64,000 nt of DNA, from contig CAWFFU010000010.1 of assembly GCA_963815215.1 (NCBI GenBank), forward strand, positions 128,001 through 192,000, given 5' to 3'. This stretch comes from an uncultured Trueperaceae bacterium (GTDB lineage: Bacteria > Deinococcota > Deinococci > Deinococcales > Trueperaceae). A program made the translations under genes and the position numbers. The notes beneath the pieces are model-generated. The model worked only from the letters and a program-made list of their open reading frames with translations. It was not told where the DNA came from and searched no databases. This document shows positions 57,407 through 64,000 of this stretch, one piece after another. Within the stretch, counting starts at the first letter, position 1; every line of letters begins with the position of its first letter.

Positions 57407-58494
57407 GGCCGCGCCTCCGGGCGGTGCTCGACGCCGCTCGCCGGCGCGCCGCCGCCGTCGGGGTCGTACAGGTGGCAGGCGCACTCGCGTCCGTCGCGCT
57501 CGACCAGCTCGGGGACGCGGACGTTGCAGCCCTCGAAGGCGCTGGAGCAGCGCGGGTGGAAGGCGCAGCCGCTGGGTACGCGTAGCGGGCTCGGGAGCTC
57601 GCCACGCACCGCCTCGGTGGTGGTGGTGTGCTCGGGGTCCAGCGACGGCGCCGCGGAGAGCAGCGCACGGGTGTAGGGGTGGCGCGGGTCGTGGAACAGC
57701 GCCTCGGTCTCGCCGACCTCGACCACCCGGCCCAGGTACATGACCGCCACGCGGTGCGAGATGTGCCGCACCAGCCGCAGGTCGTGTGCGACGAACAGCA
57801 CCGTCAGGTGGAGGCGCTCCTGCAGCTCCAGCAGCAGGTTGATGACCTGTGCCTGGACGCTGACGTCGAGCGCCGAGACGAGCTCGTCGGCGACGAGGGT
57901 CTCGGGCTCGAGCGCCAACGCCCGCGCGATGCCGATGCGTTGCCGCTGGCCGCCCGAGAACTCGTGCGGCATGCGGTCCGCGGAATCGATGGGCAGGCCC
58001 ACCATGTCGAGGAGCTCGCGTAGGCGTTCGGGGATGGCCTTGGGGGGCCGCATGTTGTGGACGCCCAGCGCCTCCCGCAGGATCTGACCCACGCTCATGC
58101 GCGGGTTGAGGCTGGAGTAGGGGTCCTGGAAGATCATCTGGACCTTGCGGTGGTAGCGGCGCAGGGCGTCGCCCTGCAGGGCCAGGACGTCGGTGCCCCG
58201 GTAGCGCACCGACCCGGCGTCGGGCTCGTGGAGCCGGACCAGGCAGCGCGCCAGCGTGGACTTACCGCAACCGGACTCCCCCACGATGCCGAGCGTCTCG
58301 CCACGCTCCACGCGTAGCGTGACGCCGTCGAGCGCCCGCACGGCCAGCTTGGGCTCGCCCTTGAGGCGGTCGAAGAGGGTGCGCTGGACCGGGAAGGTCT
58401 TGACCAGGCCATCGATCTCGTACGCCGCGGCCGATCCCGTCGGCCCGGCGATGCTGACGTTCTGCCGGGTACCCTGCCGTGCGGTGGCGGTCAC
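57403..58494 (-). CDS. Peptide ABC ATPase (DppF-like)
   Basis: GESGCGKST, FQDPYSSLNP, FSGGQRQR, HPYTRALL, C-terminal Cys motif. Confidence 0.93.
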   Translation of the reverse strand: MTATARQGTRQNVSIAGPTGSAAAYEIDGLVKTFPVQRTLFDRLKGEPKLAVRALDGVTLRVERGETLGIVGESGCGKSTLARCLVRLHEPDAGSVRYRGTDVLALQGDALRRYHRKVQMIFQDPYSSLNPRMSVGQILREALGVHNMRPPKAIPERLRELLDMVGLPIDSADRMPHEFSGGQRQRIGIARALALEPETLVADELVSALDVSVQAQVINLLLELQERLHLTVLFVAHDLRLVRHISHRVAVMYLGRVVEVGETEALFHDPRHPYTRALLSAAPSLDPEHTTTTEAVRGELPSPLRVPSGCAFHPRCSSAFEGCNVRVPELVERDGRECACHLYDPDGGGAPASGVEHRPEARP

Positions 58495-59507
58495 GCGGAC
58501 ACCTCCGCGGGGGCGGGGAGCTCGGCGTGGTGCAGGCAGGCGCTGGTATGATCCTCCGCCACGAGCTGACGCCGCGGCTCCTCAGCCAGGCAGGCGTCGG
58601 TCACGAAGCCGCACCGCGGCCCGAAGGGGCAGCCGGGGGGCAGCCCGCTGAGGTCGGGGGGCGATCCCGGGATGGGCTTGAGCGGTTGACGGTTGGCGCC
58701 TCCGCTGGGCAGCGACAGCCGCAGGCCCAGTGTGTAGGCGTGCTTGGGGTGCATGAACAGGGCCCGCACCGGCGCCGTCTCGACCAGCCGTCCGGCGTAC
58801 ATGACGGCCACCCGATCGCAGGTCTGCGCGACCACACCGAGGTCGTGCGTCACCAGGATCACGCTCATGCCGAGTTGCTCGCGCAGGCGCAGCAGCAGCT
58901 TGAGGATCTGGTCCTGGATGGTGACGTCGAGGGCGGTGGTGGGCTCGTCCGCCAGCAGCAGGCTGGGCGACGAGGCCAGTGCGATGGCGATCATGGCGCG
59001 CTGGCGCATGCCGCCGCTGAACTCGTGGGGGTAGGCTCCGAGGCGTTCGCGCGCCGAGGGGATGCCGACCAAGTCGAGCAGCTCGGCGGCGCGGTCGGTG
59101 GCGGCGGCGCCGCTCAGTCCCTCGTGCTCGCGCAGGCTCTCCAGGATCTGCTCGCCCACTGTCAGCACCGGGTTGAGGGCGGTCATCGGCTCCTGGAAGA
59201 TCATGCTGATCTCGCCGCCGGTGACCTGGCGCATGCGGCGGGCGCTGACGTCGAGCAGGTTCTCGTCGCGCCAGCGCACCTCGCCCGTTACCTTGGTGGG
59301 GGGCCGAAGCAGCCGCAGGATCGAGCGCAGCGTGACGCTCTTGCCCGACCCGGACTCGCCGACGATGCCGAGCACCTCGCCCGCGCCCACGTCGAAGCTC
59401 ACGTCCCGGACGGCGTTGAGAGGACCTCGTGGGGTGTGGAAGGTGGTGTCGAGGTGGCGGACGCTGAGCAGCGGCGCGGCCGCCCCGGCGGCTTGCATCG
59501 CGCTCAT
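58491..59507 (-). CDS. Peptide ABC ATPase (DppD-like)
   Basis: [39 protein letters not shown]. Confidence 0.93.
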   Translation of the reverse strand: MSAMQAAGAAAPLLSVRHLDTTFHTPRGPLNAVRDVSFDVGAGEVLGIVGESGSGKSVTLRSILRLLRPPTKVTGEVRWRDENLLDVSARRMRQVTGGEISMIFQEPMTALNPVLTVGEQILESLREHEGLSGAAATDRAAELLDLVGIPSARERLGAYPHEFSGGMRQRAMIAIALASSPSLLLADEPTTALDVTIQDQILKLLLRLREQLGMSVILVTHDLGVVAQTCDRVAVMYAGRLVETAPVRALFMHPKHAYTLGLRLSLPSGGANRQPLKPIPGSPPDLSGLPPGCPFGPRCGFVTDACLAEEPRRQLVAEDHTSACLHHAELPAPAEVSA

Positions 59508-60364
59508 CGTGTCGGCCTCAACAGGTCCGCCAGGCCGTCGCCGACCAGGCTGAAGCCCACGCCGGCGAGCGTCAGCACCAGCCCGGGGAACGACGAAATC
59601 CAGGGTGCCGTGACCATGAAGTTCTTGCCGTCCGCCACCATCACCCCCCACTCGGCGGTGGGCGGTTGGGCGCCCAGGCCGAGATAGCCGAGCGAGGCGC
59701 CCAGCAGGATTCCCAGGCTCATGTCGGTCATCCAGTAGACGATGGCCGGGGTGACGGCGTTGGGGAAGATGTGGCGGAACACGATGCGGCTCGGTGAGTA
59801 ACCCATCACTCGGGCCGCCTGCACGTACTCCGACTGCTTCTGGACCAGCGTCTCGCCGCGCACCAGGCGGGCGTAGTACACCCAGCCCACGACGCTGACC
59901 GCCAGGTACATGTTGCGCAGGCCGGGGCCGAGCATGGCGACGATGGCGATGACGAGGATCAGGAACGGGAACACCATCACGACGTCGACCAGCCGGCCGA
60001 AGCCGGCGTCGAGCCAGCGGCCCACGTAGCCGGTTATGGCGCCGGCCAGCGTGCCGAACAGGAACGGGAACAGCGTACAGAACAGCGCGATCTGCAGGTC
60101 GACGCGCGCGCCGTAGATCACGCGCGAGAACACGTCGCGGCCGAAGTTGTCGGTGCCGAACAGGTGCTGCGCACTGGGGCCCTTGAGGATGGCGCCGTAG
60201 TCGAACTTGCTCGGGTTGTAAGGGGCGATCAGGTGCGGGAAGAGCGCCATCGCCAGCAGAGCGGTGACGATGGTCAGCCCGATCACCAGGGTGGGCTTGG
60301 GCCGGACGCGAAGCCGGCGCCGGCGGGTGCGTGGAGCGGTCGTCACGGCCGACGGGAGCGCCAT
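59504..60364 (-). CDS. Peptide ABC permease (DppC-like)
   Basis: HLFGTDNFGRD, HIFPN, LGLGAQPPTAEWG. Confidence 0.93.
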   Translation of the reverse strand: MALPSAVTTAPRTRRRRLRVRPKPTLVIGLTIVTALLAMALFPHLIAPYNPSKFDYGAILKGPSAQHLFGTDNFGRDVFSRVIYGARVDLQIALFCTLFPFLFGTLAGAITGYVGRWLDAGFGRLVDVVMVFPFLILVIAIVAMLGPGLRNMYLAVSVVGWVYYARLVRGETLVQKQSEYVQAARVMGYSPSRIVFRHIFPNAVTPAIVYWMTDMSLGILLGASLGYLGLGAQPPTAEWGVMVADGKNFMVTAPWISSFPGLVLTLAGVGFSLVGDGLADLLRPTR

Positions 60365-60365
60365 G

Positions 60366-61307
60366 TCAGGCCACCTTCGTACGGGGGTCGAGGGTGCTGT
60401 AGGCGAGGTCGGTCAGCAGGAACACCACCATGATGACGACGGCGAAGGCCAGGGTGAGGCCCTGCACCACCGCGTAGTCGCGCCCGAAGATGGCGTCGAC
60501 CATGAGCCGGCCCACCCCCGGGATGGCGAAGACCGTCTCGGTGATGACCGCGCCGCCCATGAGCTGACCGACCGAGAGCCCGAACAGGGTCACGGTGCTG
60601 ATGAGGGCGTTGCGCAGGATGTGCTTGAAGAGCACCAGCCGGGGGCGGATGCCTTTGGCCCGCGCGAAGTCGACGTACTCGGCGTCGAGCACCTCCAGGA
60701 TGGAGGAGCGCAGGTTGCGCATCAGGATGGCGGCCAGATAGAAACCGAGTGAGAGAGCGGGTAGGAACAGATAGTACAGATCCGACGCCGCGGTGGGTCC
60801 GATGCCCCCCACCGGGAACCAGTGCAGCCGGGCGCCGAAGAAGCCCAGGAGCTGCAGCGAAAGATAGAACACCGGCAGCGACAGGCCGACCTGGAAGATG
60901 GCGCGGATGAGGTTGTCGACCCAGGTGCCACGCTTCAGCGCCGAGAGCACCGCCGCCGGCACCGACAGCAGCGCCGCCAGGACGCCGGCGTAGAGCGTGA
61001 GGAACAGCGTTACCGGCATGCGGTCGGCGATGAGCTGGGTGACGGGCACCTTGAGGTTGATGCTGGTGCCGAGATCGCCGCGCGCCACGCGTTCGAGGAA
61101 GTACCAGAACTGGACGGGCAGAGGCTTGTCCAGCCCCAGCTCCTTGTGCACGCGGGCGACGGCCTGATCGGTGACGCGGTCGCCGAGGATGGCGACGGCG
61201 GGATCGCCCGGCAGCAGCCGGACCATGGCGAACACTAGGATCATGATCACCAGCAGCGTGGGGATCATCTGCAGGATCCGGGTGAGGGCGAACTGCCAGC
61301 GGTTCAC
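60366..61307 (-). CDS. Peptide ABC permease (DppB-like)
   Basis: LLPGDP, EYVDFARAKG, GAVITETVF, RDYAVVQ. Confidence 0.93.
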   Translation of the reverse strand: MNRWQFALTRILQMIPTLLVIMILVFAMVRLLPGDPAVAILGDRVTDQAVARVHKELGLDKPLPVQFWYFLERVARGDLGTSINLKVPVTQLIADRMPVTLFLTLYAGVLAALLSVPAAVLSALKRGTWVDNLIRAIFQVGLSLPVFYLSLQLLGFFGARLHWFPVGGIGPTAASDLYYLFLPALSLGFYLAAILMRNLRSSILEVLDAEYVDFARAKGIRPRLVLFKHILRNALISTVTLFGLSVGQLMGGAVITETVFAIPGVGRLMVDAIFGRDYAVVQGLTLAFAVVIMVVFLLTDLAYSTLDPRTKVA

Positions 61308-61360
61308 GTCGGCTACCTCCCGGGACCAGGCCCGGCCGCGAGCTGGTGCGGCTGGGGGAG

Positions 61361-61393
61361 CCGGGGCCGCTCGCAGGATGCGAGCGGCCCCGG
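61361..61393 (-). terminator. Stem-loop after binding-protein gene
   Basis: CCGGGGCCGCTCGCA-gga-TGCGAGCGGCCCCGG perfect 15-bp stem. Confidence 0.65.
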
Positions 61394-61407
61394 AGGCGAG
61401 TCGGACG

Positions 61408-62982
61408 TCAGTTGGTCGTCTTGTACGCGGTCTTGAAGATGTAGTTGCCGAGCGGGATCTGGTTCAGGCCCGTGACGGTCTTGCGGATCGCGACCGGGTA
61501 GGGCGTCTCATACAGGAACACGATCGGGGCGGCGTCCATGTAGATCTTCTGGATCTCCTTGTAGTCCGCGGCGCGCTTGGCGGTGTCGAGCTCCTGCTGC
61601 GACTGCTCGAACAGCTGGTCGATGCGGTCGTTCTGGAAGCCGGTGTGCAGCGACTGGATGTTCTTGTAGACCGCGAAGTAGCTGGTGATCTCGCTGGGGT
61701 CGTTGATGTCGTTGGTCCAGCCGGCGGTCCGCATCTGGAAGTCGTTCTTGCGGTAGCGCTCGGTCTTGGTGGCGGCGTCGAGCTGCTCGATCTTGAGCTT
61801 GATGCCCACTTCGCCCCACATGCTCTGCAGAGCCGTCAGCAGCGCCAGGTCGTTCTGGCTGCCGGCGGTGGCCAACGCGGAGACCGTGAAGCCGTTGGGG
61901 AACCCGGCCTGAGCCAGCAGCGACTTGGCCTTCTCGAGATCGTAGGCGTAGCCGCGGGTGGCGACGTAGTACGGGGTGGTCGTCGACATGAACGACTGCA
62001 TGGGGGTGCCGATGCCGAAGTTCACCACCTGGATGAGCGCCTGCTTGTTGGTGGCGTAATTGATGGCCTGGCGCACCTCGAGGCTGGACAGCGGGTTCGG
62101 CGTGCCGTCGGGCAGGGTGGGCCGGTTGTTCATCAGCACGCTGTTGACCTGGGTCGACGGGAACAGCTCCATGTTGATGTTGGGGTCCTTCTGCAGCTCA
62201 CCGACGCGCGACAGCGGGATGAATTCGGCCGCGTCGAGCTCGCGTGACTGCAGCTTGAGGATGCGCGTGGCGTCGTCGGGCACGATGTCGAAGCGGATGC
62301 TGTCGAGGTAGGGAAGCGCCTTGCCGTCGGCACCCTTCTCCCAGTAGTACGGGTTGCGCGTGATCACCATGTAGGAGCCGCGCTTCCACTCCGAGAGCAC
62401 GAACGGACCGGAGCCGATGGGGTGCTCGGCGAAGGCCTTGGCCTTCTCCGCGTCGGTCGACCCCTTGGCCGCCTCGAACAGCTTCTCGGGCATGATGGCG
62501 GCATTGAACATGGACAGCGCCGGGACGATGGTCGGGTCCGGGTGCTTGAGGTGGATGATCACCTTGTTGCCGCTGGCGTCGATGGAGTCGATGGCGGCGA
62601 GAGTGAAGTTCCAGATGCCGTTGTCAGGGTTACGGGCGCGATCGAGCGACCACTTGGCGTCCTGGGCGGTGATGGGGCTGCCATCGGCGAACTTGATGCC
62701 GTCGCGCATGGTCAGCGTGAGTGTCAGGCCGTCGCTGGAGAAGCTCCAGGCGGTGGCCAGATCGGGCGCCACGTCCTTGCCGTCGGCCGTGGGCTGGAGG
62801 AGCGGATCGTAGAGGTTGGTGAGGACCCAGATGTCGAGGTTGGCGTCGTTGAGGACAGGATCGAGGAACAGCGAGTCGGCGTAACGTCCGAAGACGAGCT
62901 GTCCCCCACGCTGCTGCGCGAACGTGGTTCCGAGCACGAGGGTGGCCAGGAGGGCCAGGGCGAGCGTTGTGAGCCGTTTCAT
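61408..62982 (-). CDS. Peptide/nickel ABC substrate-binding protein (family 5)
   Basis: GGAGG RBS; signal peptide ending TFAQ; PDLATAWSFSSDGLT, PIGSGPF, VRQAINYA. Confidence 0.93.
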   Translation of the reverse strand: MKRLTTLALALLATLVLGTTFAQQRGGQLVFGRYADSLFLDPVLNDANLDIWVLTNLYDPLLQPTADGKDVAPDLATAWSFSSDGLTLTLTMRDGIKFADGSPITAQDAKWSLDRARNPDNGIWNFTLAAIDSIDASGNKVIIHLKHPDPTIVPALSMFNAAIMPEKLFEAAKGSTDAEKAKAFAEHPIGSGPFVLSEWKRGSYMVITRNPYYWEKGADGKALPYLDSIRFDIVPDDATRILKLQSRELDAAEFIPLSRVGELQKDPNINMELFPSTQVNSVLMNNRPTLPDGTPNPLSSLEVRQAINYATNKQALIQVVNFGIGTPMQSFMSTTTPYYVATRGYAYDLEKAKSLLAQAGFPNGFTVSALATAGSQNDLALLTALQSMWGEVGIKLKIEQLDAATKTERYRKNDFQMRTAGWTNDINDPSEITSYFAVYKNIQSLHTGFQNDRIDQLFEQSQQELDTAKRAADYKEIQKIYMDAAPIVFLYETPYPVAIRKTVTGLNQIPLGNYIFKTAYKTTN

Positions 62983-63049
62983 GCCTACCTCCCTAGGGTT
63001 CTCCAGCTACAGGTCGGCCGTCGAAGCGCCCGTTCACCGCCCTGCGAAC

Positions 63050-63089
63050 TGTGATGGCGGAACATAACACAGCGATTTGTTGCCGTCAA
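63050..63089 (-). promoter_or_regulatory. Sigma70-type promoter of peptide operon 2 with overlapping operator candidate (site 3, 63050-63069)
   Basis: Minus strand TTGACG-17 nt-TATGTT with extended TG; TGTTAT-N8-ATCACA overlaps the -10. Confidence 0.7.
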
Positions 63090-63161
63090 TCGCATGGAGA
63101 TTCAACCTGGGGCGGCGTGTCGCAGGCCCGTCGCCGGCGTACCACGTGCGCGGCCGCCCCC

Positions 63162-64000
63162 TCAGCCGGGACCGAAGGGCGGCCCCGGCCGTGGCGTCAC
63201 CGGTGCCAGGGCGGCCAGCGCGCCGGCCAGCTCGAGCAGGCGCGCGTCCGCGCCGCGAGCGGTGACGAGCTGCAGGCCCACCGGGAGCCCGGCCTGAGCG
63301 TTGAACGGGACGGCGACGGCAGGGGCGCCCACCAGGTCGAAGGGACCGCTGAAGTGCATCTCGACCGCTCCCTCCTGCCCGCTGACGACGGGATCCTCGG
63401 CCGGCGCCACGGTGTTGACCGCGGGCATCAGCAGCGCGTCGAAGCCCGCGAGCAGGTCGTCGGAGACCGCGGTGAGGGCACGGCGCGTCTCCAACGCCCG
63501 CAGGTAGCGAGTGGCCGGCACCGTGAATCCGTACTCGAGCTGGGACCGCGTAGCGGGGGCGTATCCCTCGGCGGAGGACTTCATGTACTGTTCGTGCAGC
63601 ACACTTGCCTCGGGGTAGAGGATGTCCAGCAGCGCCTCGTTGGCATGCTCCAACGCACCCAGCGGCGCATCCACGACCACGGCGCCGGCCTCCGTGAGCG
63701 CGCGTTCGGCAGCGTCCAGCGCGGCGCGCACGGGCGGCTCGAGGTCCACGGCATCGACGTACGCGCGGGGGACGCCGAAGCGGAGGCCGGTCAGCGGCGG
63801 CGTGTCGCCGTCGGGACGCGTTCTGCGCTCGCGCAGCGCCTCCGGGCCGTCCGCCATCAGCGCCAGCAGGTCGGCGGCGTCACTGGCGGTCCGCGCCAGG
63901 GGCCCGACGTGATCGAGGGTCCAGGAGAGGGGGAAGACGCCGTCCACGGGCACCCGGCCGTAGGTCGGCTTGTGGCCGAAGACGCCGCAGTAGGCGGCCG
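63162..64000 (-). CDS. Amidase signature family protein (5'-partial)
   Basis: AAYCGVFGHKPTYGRV...LSWTLDHVGPLAR, GLPVGLQL; frame open to window edge. Confidence 0.88.
   Translation of the reverse strand, partial: AAYCGVFGHKPTYGRVPVDGVFPLSWTLDHVGPLARTASDAADLLALMADGPEALRERRTRPDGDTPPLTGLRFGVPRAYVDAVDLEPPVRAALDAAERALTEAGAVVVDAPLGALEHANEALLDILYPEASVLHEQYMKSSAEGYAPATRSQLEYGFTVPATRYLRALETRRALTAVSDDLLAGFDALLMPAVNTVAPAEDPVVSGQEGAVEMHFSGPFDLVGAPAVAVPFNAQAGLPVGLQLVTARGADARLLELAGALAALAPVTPRPGPPFGPG

Noticed and set aside
1..64000. Mobile elements, prophage, tRNA or rRNA genes
   Set aside because: No transposase, integrase or phage motifs, no structural RNA recognised and no obvious compositional island

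Overview
High-GC (roughly 70% by eye) bacterial chromosomal segment, most likely Deinococcota (inferred from '...AFAQ/ASAQ' signal peptides, several apparently leaderless genes and gene content; not verified). About 55 protein genes; no rRNA, tRNA, CRISPR, integrase or transposase was recognised. Content: four ABC importer clusters (two peptide/nickel family, one Fe3+/AfuA-like, one sugar family with fused permeases), a YhaO/YhaN nuclease-ATPase pair, a P3A-type H+-ATPase, an orphan NarL/DevR-like regulator, FdhF/YdeP plus FdhD, a four-subunit 2-oxoacid:ferredoxin oxidoreductase, an MprF-like/DUF2156 pair, MscS, a decaying ABC exporter, a deoxyhypusine-synthase-like gene and a 14-gene peptide-uptake/catabolism operon. 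Most notable observations: (1) at two unrelated operon junctions (36597-36642 and 50797-50842) four GTGA stop/start overlaps recur every 14 nt, forming a chain of three 5-codon mini-ORFs from the upstream stop to the downstream start; (2) a 20-bp TGTTAY-N8-RTAACA-like site overlaps the -10 box of three sigma70-type promoters and links two paralogous long GntR regulators and their peptide-transport/catabolic clusters about 50 kb apart; (3) DevR/DosR-like boxes lie upstream of the oxidoreductase operon, the H+-ATPase/MFS pair and the regulator itself. All functional calls come from motif recognition by eye; no database searches were run.
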